Of a DNA stretch of 64,000 nucleotides, positions 1 through 15,300 are shown in pieces (positions within the stretch are counted from its first letter, which is position 1; each line of letters opens with the position of its first letter). The translations under genes were made by a program, and so were the position numbers. The DNA is taken from contig CM114271.1 in assembly GCA_050084515.1 (NCBI GenBank), positions 31,186,001-31,250,000 of the forward strand. The letters are read 5' to 3'. This stretch comes from Blasia pusilla. Its lineage: Eukaryota. The notes beneath the pieces are model-generated. The model was given only the letters and a program-made list of their open reading frames with translations, had not been told where the DNA came from and ran no database searches.

Positions 1-429
1 ATTTATGAACTCCGTCTCCGTCCATCCATCCATGCGTCCCACCTTATATTCATTATCTTGGTTTGCCAAAACATGTCTTGGGCAAGATTCAAACTTGCAC
101 CACTAGCCCAAAGTGGAGTCTTCTGCTACTAGCCCACACATTATTGTATGTACATATGTAACAAATTCAAATACATATAGATTTTTTTTCTTTTTTGCAT
201 ATTTTACTTAAAAATGTATGATAATATATGATAATAATTAGATCGTTCATATAATCCAATATGATAGTTTATTGGATCATATTAAGTCTAAAAATAATCT
301 AATGGTTACAAAAGTTGATCATTTAAAAAAAACCATCAAGTATTAAATAAGAAAATTGGATTTAATTATTGCCGTGCTGATGGGTGGATATTTCTTGATT
401 CTAACATTTTAAATTTTTAAATGACAACG

Positions 430-1115
430 TCACAAGATGAAAATGACACTTGAAAGATTTTTCCTGAAAGTCCCCCATTCCTCTTGCTTCCTTCTTTTTT
501 TATATTTCTCTCCAAAAAGGAATGCATAAATCACGCAACTTTGTCACAATATGTACGTGGGTCTCAAGAACTAGACCAAAAATAAAATCTCAAAATAACC
601 ATCCAAAGAGGGAATTAAAAATAACGAATTTTAAATTTGCCTTCCCAATACTTGTCTCATCATGTAAACGTAAATAGAAGATCTGAACCGCTCAAAAGAG
701 AGAAGGTCTTCCCAACATCAAGTCCTCCAATGGTGGAAACAAATGATGTTTCAAGATGACTATGAAAATGCTAAAAACATTTAAAATATTTCCTCTTAAA
801 GTTCTCCTCTTCCACTTTGCATTGTCTCTTCTATTTTTACCTTTCTCTCCGACGAGTAGTTCATAAATCATGCCATTTGGTCACAATATGAAATTTGGTC
901 TTAAAATCCAAGCCCAAAACGAAAATATTGAAATGAATTTCCAAAGAGGGAATAAAAAATTCTAAACCCTAAATGTAGTCTCATAATTATGGTTTCATCA
1001 TAGAAGATTAAATGGAAGATTTGATCCGGAGAAGTGCTAGAAGGTCTTACCAAAATCCACTCCTCCAAGTTTCAACTTAATCCAATGGTGGGAACCAATG
1101 ATGCTTCAAGATGAA
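430..1115. repeat. Diverged ~355-bp tandem repeat
   Basis: ccaatggtgg(a/g)aac(a/c)aatgatg at ~727 and ~1082; related units at 60400-61110. Confidence 0.65.
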
Positions 1116-4089
1116 GAAAATACAAAGAATGGTCGTTACATGTCCACTCAAAGACAATGATCATTACCGTTACTGGTATTCCTTATTTATTAGCGTGTCG
1201 CTCAAACAAGCTTAAAGATACAAAATCATTCAAACATTCTCATATCTATTATTTAAGATGAAAGTGAAATTTTAACAAGAAATATGGACGTTTTCCCACC
1301 AAATGGAATTGTAAAGGGAAAATAGATATCTTGATTACAAATCAAAATATTACAAATTTAGTTAAAAATACCTAGAAATTTGGCAGTTGCGCAACAACCC
1401 TAAAGTTCTCAAACGCCATGGCATCACTCTCCGAAACAGCTTAGCCCTAAGAACATGCTTGCATCCATACATCATGGTCATCTAGGTCCAATATCTCACC
1501 AGCATCTCGACGAATGGCTGTAGGTCTATCTGGCTCTTGGCCATAAAGCAGCAAATACGGTGAGAAAGACGCTAAGGAGGCTTGTCTGCTAAATTTGCAT
1601 CCCATCGCCAATCACGGCAATTGGAGGTCCCAATCTCCTAGGTGACCCCTCTACAAGCCATACTTGTGTAAACCTCTCTTCATCGTCTGCACAACCCTCT
1701 CCCCTAGTCCATCCGCCTCAGCATGATCTCGCAAAGTGGTGCAATGGTCGATCAACGCCTGATCACATAAGGCATTAAACTCCCTATGAAACTCTATACC
1801 TTGGTCTATCAACACCTCAGCTGCTATGCCCTAGTGACTCATCACTAAATCTAGGAAGACATACTCTACTTCCTCACTCGCTTTTTCAAGCAATGCAACC
1901 AACTCTATCCACTTCGAGAAGTGTTCGACCATCACCAACACATAACAACTATGGCACTCCATCAAAGGTAAAGGTCTTGCAAAATCAAAACTTCATCTAT
2001 AACCTAAATCCATGATCGGAAGTCAATGCAAGTGTGGAGTCAGAGCATTGAATTGTGCTTGCGACGCTACTAGACTGCAGGTATTCCAAGACTAATCCAT
2101 CCTCATGAATATCTCAACCACTTGTCGTCTCCTCACCGACCTTTGGATCTAAGGACTCTCCATGAGACCTCGCCATCAAAGTCTCAACACTCTGGCTCTC
2201 CATAGCCAACAATTCCAATAGGCTAACATCTTGGCACCAACTCCTTATCACTCTCTCCATGCCATTGAGCTCAAGTCGTACCTCGTTGACTCGGGCATGG
2301 ATTACGGCTCAAACCATTTGCATCTTGGTTGAGCGTCTGAGGTCTATGTACCACTTGGAAATCATACTCCTCCAACAATAGAGCCCATCTCATAAGCTTC
2401 CCTATAAGCTTGTCAAAATCCATCAACCAATTAAGTGGTTGATGATCACTGAAAAAGATAAAGGGGTTGCGGAATAAGTAACAACTGAAATGCACAACAA
2501 CCCACATTGCAACCAAGCACTCATCCTCATACAAGCTATACTTTGCCTCTACAACATTGTTTGAGCGACAAATATACGCCACCACAAATCGTCTATCCTC
2601 ATCGTCATGGTGGGTGAGCACCGCTCCAAGCCCCAACATACTCCAATCTATATGCAACTAGAAATAACGCCCCCTAATCGGTCTCCTTAATATGGGCGCG
2701 GACGTCAACCTATCCTTCAGTAGTTGAAATGCTCTCTCCTATTCATCCCTCCTAGTGCCACTCGTGATCCACCTTGATCAACAAGGTTAGTGGCTTAATT
2801 TGAAATCGAACTTAACCCTTGATGTACCGTCGATAGAAGTTCGCCAACTCCATCAATGCACAAACTCAACTCACATCTATAGTGCGTGGAATGCATGAAA
2901 TAGCCTTTACCTTTGTCTATTGCACACCAAGGCCACATGGGTATATCGTATGACCCAGGTACTCAATCTGGTCATAGAAGAACTTGCACTTGCATGGATG
3001 TAGCTTCAGCCCATGTAATTGCAATCGTCGAAATACCTCCTCTAGATGTCGCTCATGCTTCTCAAACGTGGCGCTAAAGACTACGATGTCATCAATATAA
3101 AACCTAGCAAAATCTAGACCTACCAAAATCCTATCCATGACCCACGGAAACTCATCCGGGACATTTTTTAACCCAAATGGTAAGAACCGCCACTGGTACA
3201 CACAATCATTCTCGTGAGATTGATGCCCCAAAATGTCGTCTTCTACCTATCCTAGTCTCCAATCTAATAGGCAGCTGATGGTATTTGGTTTGAAGATCCA
3301 ACATATTGAAGACCTTTGCATGCCCAACAACATCAAAGATCTCCTAAGGGATGGGTATGGCATGCCTATTGAACTTCATCTACCGACTGCTAGGTTAGTA
3401 ATCTCCACACATCCGCCTATCCGTCTAGTTGCCATGCTCATCCTTCTTAGCAAGCATGACAGTGGTAGATGCATACTCCCCATGCAACATCTCAACTAGT
3501 CCTGCTCGAACCAAGTCTTGGCTCCTACTTTAAATCAAAGCCCCATCCATATCACTGTACCTGTAAGATCGTCGAAAGATCGGCGTGTCGCTAGACAACT
3601 CAATGCGGATCCTTGGACCCTTTAACGTACCCAAATCTTGCATGCTAAATGCAAAACAACTCCTATAACTCCTAAGGAACTTATGAATCCGACGCCGCTC
3701 TCCTCCTATTAACTTAGGGCCCATATCCGGCTCCCAAGTCTCCACGGTGACTATGGTAAGACTCTCAAGCGTGGGCATCGATGGTTGCTATGGTGCAACC
3801 TCATCTTGAATAACATGACTCAACCGCTCCCCTGCAATTAACTGTAAAATCTCATCTCCTCTAGGTGTAGTACCTAGAACCACGCTCGATGTTGTGGCTA
3901 TCATCTCTCAACGTACCTGCAAAACATCTTGAGATGTCCAAGGGTGTCTCTCTGATCATCCTTGGCATGTCAATCTCCTCAGATCTCACCCCCAGCCACT
4001 GCCTCAACCGTCTTGGTAGGCATGAGGCTCACCAATGCAACAATTATGGTTTGTCCTAACCTCATCCTACGCTCCTCAACTAATCCTAA

Positions 4090-4500
4090 GGTGATGATCT
4101 ATGTCAAGCAGTTCAAGTCCATCGCCTGACCTCAGACATGATGCCGTGATGCTTGTGATATCAAGGGTGAGCCAACCCGCTTCCTCATCTAGCACTTGAC
4201 TAATCCTAACATGGCTAACTAGCAATGATCAAATCAATGGTCCCTACTCGCTCCAAGTCTTGCACCCCCAACAACGAAATATCCCCCGGTAGGGAACTCT
4301 GGTACCCTTGTACGGGGGACGTAGAAAACAAGTCAAGAAAACAGAGGCATAACTATGCCACATATCGTAGTGAAACAGGCCTTGCAACCTCATGAAGCTG
4401 AACATACAAATAGTGTTGCAAGTGCACTCAAGCCTACAAAACAATAGCCAATCCAATGTTGATCCCTCCAAAGAGATCCAGCGCCCGAATACCCTCCTCT
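4090..4500 (-). pseudogene. Degenerate DNMT domain in copy C
   Basis: Manual translation gives EEGIRALDLFGGINIGLAIVL* (motif I), DLERVGTIDLIIAS*PC* (motif IV), then directly GQAMDLNCLT (motif X). Motifs VI-IX are deleted. Confidence 0.85.
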
Positions 4501-7500
4501 GGGATGCGCCACACAATCGGTGTGGTATCCAAGGGTGTCACAATAGCTTTCTTGGCTACCTCGGACCTATCATGCTCTCCACTCTCAAAACCCTAAACCC
4601 TAAAAGTTTCACTCTACGCCGTCTACATATGCTCATCATCCAAGTGTTGAAGCTCCTCACTTGACCCCCATAGTAGCACCTCTCCTCCACGAAATGATGC
4701 GGCTACCATAACACTCCTCTCCCTTGAAGTGTCAGGTGCAGGTGTGTCCTTTGCATGGACATGCCCCTCAATCAAATCACTAGGCCATGTGATGGCGCTG
4801 TTGAATATTGCTACTGTCGCCATCTCTCCCGGCCGTCGCTCGATCACTCCATCGGTAAATCGAACGGATAACAAGCTAAGTCGCCCATCACTTGACTACC
4901 ATCTTGGTCTAAAGGATGCTGACTCCTCCCAGTAATCCAAGAGAAACCCCATTGGGTATAACATTGCTCCTCCAACCAATACGTCATAGGACTCGACGTC
5001 GGTCACTATTGCCTTGGCTTGCACCATGGACTCATCTGATGGATGTCCTAGGGCAAATCCTCACAACAACCTCATATCGGGTGATATAGTGGGTCGTACT
5101 TGCTGCACCCAAGGATGTATGCATCCTGAATGGGCAGCGGTCCTTGTCAAGCCCAATCCTATAAATGCCACCTTCCCCAACGTCAGGGGTTGTGCTCCTG
5201 AATTCAACAAGACGCGCTATGGACAAAATACCCTACCTCCTGGACTCACTAGATGGAAGACCTCTCCTTGGTTATCCAACAAGAAAACACTTAGCAACAC
5301 CATGGCACCCTCTATAGCGGGTCTAGTAGGCATCTCCACCGTCCTAGCCGCCACAACCTGCCATGACTCTGAGATGGACGACTCAAGCATAGGCTCCAAG
5401 GGCAGGTCCACCACCTCCTCTACAATCACCTTGGATTGTGACGCATGAACACCAAATCCACGCTCACATAGCGTAGATGCCAACCGTTAAACCTTGATGG
5501 GCGTACCTCCCAATGTCGTAACATCAGAAGCAAAAAACAATGGGGCGCAGTACATAGCAATGGCCCCCAACAACGTACTTGACACGAGCTCCACCTGAGC
5601 ACCTGCAATAGGAGTCATTGCACTTGCTTGCTTCTTCCATCATCCTCCGTGCCTGCACATCCACGACATCAACCCTCCAAGAACTCTAATCATGACCCAT
5701 CCATGGGGTCCTCATTGGCTCGGACAAAGTAAAAGAGTGAGGAAGCCTTGTATATTTCATGGCCTCCCCTCTCTGCGGATCCAACTCTACAACAGTTACT
5801 TGCGTAACAATAGCGGCTGCTTCCATCTATGCGGCCGCACACATCCAACCAGAATCCTCCATGTCTCTTGCTGCCCCATAAGACGTCCATGTCATTGATC
5901 CGGCATCAGATAACCTCAACGCCATAGCGGCAATCTACTTCTGCAAATGTTGTATCTGAGTAGCCATCCTTGCACGCCTAGCGTCTCCCTTGTCGTGTCT
6001 ACGTAGCAGACCTCTATCTCCTCCGCGGGCAACTATGCCATCCCCTCGGGCAAATCCAACTCCTCGTCCCCCAACAAGACCACATGGCATATGACCTCTA
6101 GGCTCACCCAAATCGGCAACTTGCTCGGGTGCCCTCTCCCGCCCTCGGTCCGGGCATAAATCAAGGTATAGGCTAAAACATTGAGCACATGTATGACCAT
6201 ACCTTTGACAATGATCAAACTGGTAAACTCTTGGTGTAGACCCATCTCCTCCTCCATGTTGAGGAATACGTCTGTTACCGTGACGGATGCAATCGCGGGC
6301 TCCATCATATGCCCAAAAAATAATCCTTGGGGGCTATTGTTGCACCGCATATGATGGCGCAGGTCTCTGTGGCACGGACTCTTGGTATCCTCCGTGAGCT
6401 CGTGGTGCCATATTCCTCTCCCAAAATCCACATTATTGCACTAGTGGTGCAGGCAATCATGATTGCTCTCGCACAAAACCCATGGCTACTACGCTCTCCT
6501 CATCCATATTACGATCAATAAACTCCGCAGTCTCAAAAACATCTCTCAACCTAGGTGAGGTGTGCATAAGAAGTACCCCATCCCTCACCCATTTTTGTAA
6601 GTTTTAGTCCAACATTGCCTACCATGTGTGGATAGCCTGGGACTTTGTCATACCTTGAGTGACTCTAATCAGTGAGTGAGTAAATGCCACAGGCAAACTC
6701 TCATTGTACACCTATGGAAGTTGTGGATGCTCCACAACTTCTCAGTCCATATCCCCTGGGAGTTAATCCGCAACTCCCCAAAGAACTCAACCATAGGGTT
6801 GAACCTAGGAAAAATCCCACTAGACAATATAATTGCTCCATTCCGACTCATCCCTCCTAACACATCATTGGTGGAAGAGGAAGTAGCCTCTCCTAACTCC
6901 TCCTCCTCGTCTAGGAACCGCTTAGTCCATGACACATAGTGTGGATCATAGTGGAGTCTCCATTGCCTCCATGCCTCAATCTCATGGGCATATCTCTGGG
7001 AGAATTCATGGTAATTGTCCATGGGCGTCCCCTCTAATTTTTCGAATATTCTGTTCCATGCTATAAGTAGGTTGAACTCTCTAGAGTTCCTAGCCCGCTA
7101 TGAATCACACCAACACCTAAACTCCGTGATAAAGTTGTGTAACTCTATGGTACCTACAACACCAAAAAACCTACGCGGTCCTCTACCCCGGTCGTCCATC
7201 TCGTACTCCCAGACATTAGCACCACTCATTGTGTGTGGTGCTCACAAACTCCTCTATACCCTCATCTTTTTCTAAAGATGACACAAAATAGGGTTCAGGT
7301 GGTCCCTCACGTGGAACCCCTCAAAACCTTGGGCCACTTTGTATAAAACCTTGAGAGCTACTCTCGGGTGCGGCAAATTGACTATTGTCTCGACAGAATA
7401 TACCCTCAACTCTAAACATCCCACACAGGTCTATGTCCTCTAAACCACATATATCAATGATGCTCTCAACATCTTCACAAAACCCAATATCCCCAAATGA

Positions 7501-8758
7501 GTACCCAATTCTCAGAATCCCTCACACGTACAGGGCAAAAGACGTGAATGGATAACCTGAAATGTTTTTTGATGTCCCTCCTCAACAACTATAATTCTCG
7601 ACCCCAACTTGGTCATGAAGACAAACTCCTCCAATTAACAAGTCGTACTCCCCTGATACTAGCGATGCTCAAATCTCCTTGATGTGCGGTGCGGGTCCAA
7701 TAGTACGCTACGACACTTGTGGCATGAGATGGCTACAAGCGGAACGGCACTCAAGAATGGATACGGAAATCAGCGGCATACCCTAGGCCTCCTCAATCAA
7801 CAACACACGCTCTACTTCCCAATGATGGGGTAACACCGCGATCGAGACAGTGTAGTGCGGCCATGAGCGGCACCTACTCGATCATCATCGAGCGGCTACA
7901 ACCTCAAGACATAGCAAAGCGGACAAAAAATTAGGACCCCATGAATCAAAAAGTCACTTTGTCAGAGTTGAGCAGTGCACAAGTAGCAACGATGCGTACG
8001 GACTCAGGCAAGTCCGATGGTGATAGAAAACGGCAAACGGCAACGGCGGCCCAACGTAGCCCTAAAAGGTGGCAGCCGAACGCATCTCTAAACAATAGAG
8101 GAAGTGGCAAAAATAGCACTGGAAATAGCCAAAATGGCAATCGTGGACAGAGGATGGTGATGGCAACAATGACGGCAACGCAGCGGCTGGTTTAGGGTTT
8201 GAGAATTTTTTACCCTAAAAATCGTCTAGCTATGGCAATTTGCAAAATCAACCATAACTTTCTCCTCACATCTCTAAATTGTGCACCCTTTATTCCACAT
8301 CGTGCACAACGTCTTGATCTACGACGGCATCAAATTTATTTTTCATTGGACCTTCCAAAAAAATGGACGGGGACTGTCGTACAATCCTTCAATCTACTCT
8401 CCTATACAAATTTTGGTAGCGCTTTCGCATTGATTTCTCTCAAAGAAAACCTCAATCCTATAAAAATAGCAACCAAAAAGCTATATGGTACCCCTAAGAA
8501 CACCAACATGGAGCAACCCACCCCCATACTCAATTTCCACCAAAAATTGGGGAGCGCTTCCGTAGGCCACTCTCCCGTACAAAAAATCAGCAACAGAAAA
8601 TTGCATGGCTCTTGCCCTTGTAAGCATTCCCATGAACCATGAAATGGGGAACACCATCCCCAACCTGCAGCACACAATGAGCACTAGGAAGCTCCTCCAT
8701 TGTAGCTCTCAAATCGTCATTCTCTTTGTAAATCAAGTGGATCTCTCCATCACAAAGT

Positions 8759-8766
<8 letters not shown>

Positions 8767-8806
<40 letters not shown>
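8767..8806. repeat. (TC)n microsatellite
   Basis: Read directly; followed by a short (GA)n. Confidence 0.95.
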
Positions 8807-8809
<3 letters not shown>

Positions 8810-8820
8810 AGAGAGAGAGA

Positions 8821-9071
8821 GCGGTAGATGACCAAGAGGTTAGCTGAACAAACATAAGGTCCTCTTGAAGAGGTCTTGGGTTCAACTCTCCCCTTGGATA
8901 GTGGGGGGCGGTCTCAACCCGAGGGCAGTGGCGTCCCCTACCTAGGACATGGATGGTCCATGTTCAAGAGAGAGAACGCCTTGTGTGCCTTGACTATGCT
9001 CCCAGGTTAAAAATCTGGATAAAATTCCAGACCTTCACAAAAGAAAAATACAGAAAAAAAAATACAAAAAA
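8821..9071 (+). mobile_element. Probable tRNA-derived SINE inserted in the leader of copy C
   Basis: A-box-like TGACCAAGAGG (8829-8839), B-box-like GGTTCAACTC (8879-8888), A-rich tail ~9038-9071. Confidence 0.5.
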
Positions 9072-9330
9072 CCAAATCTCCTGAGTGAGAACCCCAAATC
9101 TAGATGTGAAGGTGCCATGTCGGATGCGATGTCAATTTCACATATGTGGAAGGGGTCCCATAAGCCAGATCGGCTTCCCGTGGACTACAAATCTACTCCA
9201 CTCTACTCTCTCTCTCTCTCCAAACCCACTCTCCTAATGAGAGGCTTGGATTACACACACAAGGCAAGGAGGATCATAGCTCCGCCACGTGTCTCATGCC
9301 AAGAGGTTCAACAAAGAGAGAATGAGCTCT

Positions 9331-9436
<106 letters not shown>

Positions 9437-11406
9437 GGTATACACCCCGCCCTCTCCCAAGCTCTCTCCACGGTAGCCTATGCTTATAGGTCACCTCCTT
9501 GGCTCTTGACTTGCTATAGCGGGTCAAAGGCCATTCCCAAAGTGAAAAGTCAACTATACTCAATATGGAAACTTACCTGAAAGAATTTCTCTGTATGGCT
9601 CCAAATGAGGCAAAACAAAGGGAAAACCTAATGTCTCAGGTTATTTGTGGCCTCATCGGATCATCCTCAACCTCTTTCTAAAACTCTATCAATATTAGGC
9701 AAAGGACCAATTCTAGAGCCTTTGAGTTTAGTGGCACTAAATATCGGTAACATCATTCCATGTAGCGGGAAAAAAATCCATTCCCAAGGATACGTCATTC
9801 TAAAGATCGAGAGGAGTTAAAACATTATTGTCGAATTTATGTAGAGGTACAAATAGTTAACTTTGAATAGGGTGAGTGATAGATAACTCATCTCTTGGTG
9901 TTACATAAACCGTTGGCATATCGTAGAAGTAGTCTCGAGAACATCATAGAGTGGGATGTTGGGTAACTCAACTCTTGGCTATACATAAGTGGCAACTTCT
10001 TGCACATGAAGTGTAGAATCATCTTGGATGAATTCATCTTCTCTAGCTTCTACATGCACATCCTGATTTTCTTCTACCATTACTCCATCCTCAATGGAAG
10101 GATTGAAATAAGATTAAAAGTTTATAAATGATCGATTAGAAGAAACACAAATATGAATGTTGAAGGGCTAGGAGCAAAGATACAAAAAAATAATGAATAG
10201 GATAGGTGTTGGAATGTGACCTTACAAATGAACTTCCATTATCTAGAAACTGGATAATTGGAATACTTGGAATGGCTTCTACTTGTGGAGTAAATGTAGG
10301 ATGCACTTAAATCGATTTATTTCATTTCTTATACAATAACTCTCATTGGTAGGTCTTCTTATTTCATTGGAGAAGTATCATTTTAATTATCAATATGAAA
10401 TGCTTGTTTCTATTTTTGGGCTTCGTTATGCAAAACCTTTCAAAAATCCCATATATCTACGGGATTTGATGGAAGTGGGAGTATGGAATAGCATGGGAAT
10501 CATAAATTTAGGGAAAATAAAATATGAGGTCAAAATAGAGAAGCGTGGTGAATGATCGTAGATGGAATGAACTTACATTTGAGATATAGTGATCAATAAG
10601 ATATGTTGTATTTCTAATTGGTGTGGTAGCTTCTTCACACAACGGGCATGACTTTTTTTTTGAGCCTCTACATATGCTAATTTGCAGAAATCACGTAGAT
10701 TTATAAGATTTGAAAGAAGTGGAAGTCTGCACAAAAATAAGGGAAATGCCCACGATGAAAGTCATGAAGGAAAATTTCATACAAGATGTTGCACTATAAT
10801 GGAACAGTATGATAAGATGTAACGGAAAAGCATTATGTTGACATTCGATAATAGTGCTTCAATATCCTTGGATGTCCCTCCGTTCTTTAAGATGCAGTTG
10901 GTACATTATTGATAAGAGTGTGCAACCGTCTCTCCGTGCTTCCTTATAGGTGATGAAGAGTCGACATCTAGATAACACACAACAAAGAGGATAGAAAGTA
11001 AATGAGAACTTTTGAGAAAATGAAGAAAAAGTAGGTCTGAATGAAAAGAAAAGAACAAAAAACCTAACTAAGATGAAAAGAAAAGAATAGTGATGCAGAA
11101 AAGAGTAGAGAAAGGAATTTTCTCTTTTCTTAATGGAAAAAAACAGACATATTTATGGTGTCTTAAAGAAATAAATTCTTAGGAAAGACTATTTCTAAAA
11201 AAATGTAAAAAAGAGGATAGTAAAAATTTGGATAGAGAGGTTAGAAAAAAGGAGGATAAAATTAAGAGAGAAAAGAAATAAATATTAAAAGGGTAGATTT
11301 TTATTTCTTAAAAAGTCTTTTAAAATGTTCCTTTTTTCCATCCATCCCTAACCCAAACCTGACCTAACCCGGCTCGACCCTTGACATTACCCAACCTTGT
11401 CCCTAA

Positions 11407-12330
11407 TGTAGCAACCCGACCACATCCCGAACTGCAAATCTCATGGTTGCATTTAGGCACCATTAGATCAACGATGCAGATCTAATGTCAATGTTAGATT
11501 TGCATGATCCAACGGCAAATAAACTCCTAGGTGTCTCTGCCACCTTAGATCCAATCCCCCTATCTCAAATCAACACATCCTCTCTCCTTCCATGATCCTT
11601 ACCTTGCCCCTCTTGAGTCCTACCACTCTCCTTTATACTTGCTCCCCCTCATCCCCTCTCACTTCCTCCTATACTCCTCTCCCTTCACTTATGCCCACTA
11701 TTGTACTATGTCCCTCTCTACTCCATTTTTTCATCGCTCTATCAATGTGTTTTGTAGATTTAGCCTGATGCTTGTGGATCTAGGTTTGTTATGCAACTTG
11801 AGAGCGGAATCTCACGTGCTCATGAGACCAAGCTCCAAGCCTTGTAGTGGCTTGCAAGGCAACCTTTCTTGTTCCTCTCCTTATGTTTTCCCTTACTCTA
11901 CAACTCTGATTTTTTGTGTGCAACATGGCCTTGATCCTCTTCGAATCTACACTCAAGTTGTGGCCTTGATTTGATTTTGATATTGAGTTTTCCGCATTGC
12001 AACAACGTGCTCCTGACACTCAAGAAAGGCAACCCCATTATCCCTCTCTATTTTGTGTATTCCATTGGAGTGCTCTCAACACTTTGGATGCGGCCCTAAT
12101 CGCGTTCTCGATCATGTTCAACTATTGCGTTGCATTAGAGTACACTTAGCACTAAAGATGCGGGCTCGTGTTTTCCTTGCTCTACCAACCTCTGAGGACT
12201 TGAGTGTAGAGCAAAACCACTCAGCACTCTAGTAATTTTCCAGTTCTAGTTGGGGCGTTTGAATCCTCTCAACACCCAAAGCGCAAGTCATTTTGCACCT
12301 TGCAAGTTGGGGAGGGGAGGGGATGTTACA
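11407..12330. mobile_element. Possible old LTR
   Basis: Imperfect inverted termini TGTAGCAACCC...GGGATGTTACA; no TSD and no partner copy seen. Confidence 0.3.
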
Positions 12331-15300
12331 CATTCATAGCAGAGAGCTTGCTTTCTTGGGGTCTTTAAACTTAAATTTTGCTCCATGAAATTTGAGCTCA
12401 TTGGTATTAGATAAGGGGGAGAAACTTCCGAATTTCAACTTTAGATATGAGTAGCAATCAATTGACATTATTTTCTTTCAAGCTTGATATCTATACATAC
12501 TTATGCCATGCTTACTCTGTAGCATAGAAATACTCTATTCTCGCAATCAAAATCTCTAGTATAAGCAACAAATGGTGAAAACTCTTGATGTTGAGTGTTT
12601 AGAACAAGTGTGCTCCAAAGCTTTATGGTAGATTTGGACCCAAGATGGGCTACTCTCTAATTATGGGGACTTTTCAATAGATATTATGGGGACCCATGAT
12701 TTTATCCTTGGATACTTGTAGAGCCTCATCGAACATGCTTGGAAAATATCCCTTACTCGATTCTTTTGGCACATCGAAGAAGGAATGGAATCCCTTTGAC
12801 ATCTCCAAAGTTCTTAGACTCTAAAAGGGGCAACTCGTACCCCAAGCAAGGTTGATATCTAGTTGAGACTTCTTAGAATTGTCAAATACACACTCTCCAT
12901 GAGAAGTTGGAGGCCATTAGATGCTCTCCAAAGGCGATGCATATGTAGGCTTTACGTAGTAGTGCTTATTTGATGAAGCTTCAACCTTTGATACACTCTT
13001 CCCCTTTTCTTGTGTGTTGTTCATCGTTGTTCTTGTTGTTGCCATTTGAGTAGCAATATAGTTTTCTTTGAAGACACTTGTTTTGTCGAGGTGGATGCCG
13101 AGAAAGAAGTGAAATTAATTGGGAGTAGATGCGCGGTTAAGGAAAATGGGAGCAAGGTGTGGAGTTGTTCATGAAGGAGCCGTTGGAGTAGGACAAACTT
13201 GGAGCAAGGCGTAGATATGTTCACAAAGGAGCTTTCATAGAAGAGTAAACTTGGAGAAAATAGAGACTTCTTCTTTCAAACAACCTAGAAAACATCAATA
13301 GAACAATATCAAAGCATCTATTGATGTTGAATTAAGCAATAGTAGAGCATGAAAGCATTAGCCTATGAAGCAATAGTATAGCATGAAAGTCACATCTTAT
13401 GCCTAGCTGAGTAAAGAAAAGAAAGCACACTACATAGATAGAGACTATTTGTTCTTCATAGCAACTTAGTAAAGCTCATGCAAGTTGAACTTCTATATGG
13501 TATATATATTTACTTATTTGAATCTGCACTCGAAAGTAAAGTGTGTGCCGCCTTAGTAACTTTCAATCCCCCTCTAAATTTCTTTGACAGTCTCATGTGG
13601 ACATGAAATAAATTTTGTAGAGCCAAATGAGCCCTCAAAGCCTAAAAACCCTAGAATTGAAGTCGCCACCTTATCAATCGCTATTTGGGAGCAAGATCAT
13701 AACTGTAAAGAGGACAAAAAAAGAAGTGGAAATGTGAAAAAATTGAAGACAACCTATATTATAGGTATACCAATGTGGATCCACTACTACATAAAGTAGA
13801 AGTGACCCAATTTTTTTTTATAGTGGACACGTGTTTGATGCCTATTGGCTCAAAGGGTCATGTATCAAAATCAAGATAGGGTTCTCAAATAATAGTATAG
13901 ATTGATTGGAACTTGAATAGCATCTGAGGTTTTGCAATGTTGAAGGTCATAACAACCAGATCTAAAGTGTGTTTGGTATGAATAAGGTGACGTTGGAAAG
14001 CTTATGCAAAGACAATTCCAATGCATCAAAGATCCAAAAAAAGCATGAGCAAAGATCAAGAATCTGCTCCTAAACTATCATAATGATAGTTGAGTTGAGG
14101 CCAAAAGAAGTAGCCCAAGAGGGATTTCCCGAAGGTGGGGAGGGCATGGAGATATCTAGAACTATATATAAGGGGGAGGGTCTCCAAGAGTACTTGGAAC
14201 CTGAACAATCCTTTGGGGAGCCATGGGGTGAACTAAGGGCATAGAATGGATCAGAAGGTTGGCTTCGGGATGTAGACGCCAAGCCAAGTCCAAGGGAGGG
14301 AATTATGGATGTCAGACACCTTGGACCTTGATTTGTGACTCATATCTGGGATCTTGGTTAGAGACTCATTTGATATTCATTGGACAGTTGGAATTGCTAT
14401 GTGCGCAAAGCCCCATTTTAGATGCCTAGACTATCTAAGAAGTTTGTCCCAAGTCTAGAAAGACTTGCCTTTGTTGGGAAGTGATAAATTAGAAACTGTT
14501 GAGCTTGATGGATAGCTGAGTTAGGAACTTGGGGAGATGTTAGATTGATGGACTCAAACCAAGACTAATGTAAGTGTGTTTGGGTGCAGATTAGTAGTAT
14601 GAGCATGATCTTATGAATGCAAGCTTCCGCACCGCATGAGATCGACGTTCACGAGAGTAGGCGCACGATATTGGTAGTAATGGGGACTGAAACAAGTTTT
14701 TGTCACCTCCACTTTTGCAAACGCTATCTTAATGGTTAAGACCCCTAAAAGCAATTGTTTTTTTTTCTCTCCATCTAACTTATCCGCGTGTGCTCTACAC
14801 ATAAATATGATCGAAACAATCAATGAAAATTTAGAAGGGAAAACCATTTTCTTTATATCTATATTTTGTACAACATTTGATAGAGGTCTCTTCTAAATAT
14901 TAACACCCATTTCCCGGTCTGGGGACAGCTCAGATATTCCCTGCTGCGTGGCTTTTCTCTACTACAAGCCCCGCTACGCGCCACTCCGACCGGTAAACTT
15001 GGAAGGCGGTAATTTTCATGCCACGTCCCCATTAATGACCAATAGTGGGTTCCCAGGCCATTCTTTCAGTATTGTAACTGGTCCACAGGTCCCGTCACTA
15101 ATTTTGACGGGTAGAAGTTTGCATCCTGAGCAGCTAAAGATAAGGGTAATTCTTTTGACCCAAAATTTCTCGGTGCTATGAGGCGAAACTTGGTGAAACC
15201 TGACGAATGGGCAGTTGGAGCAACGGAGATAGTTTTGCCACGATGGTGTTGTGACGGGAGGTTTTACACGTCGGAACGTCAGCTGACATTTGCAGAGGAA

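Noticed and set aside
9753-14600. Possible decayed transposase or gag coding remnants
   Set aside because: Too degenerate to assign without a search.
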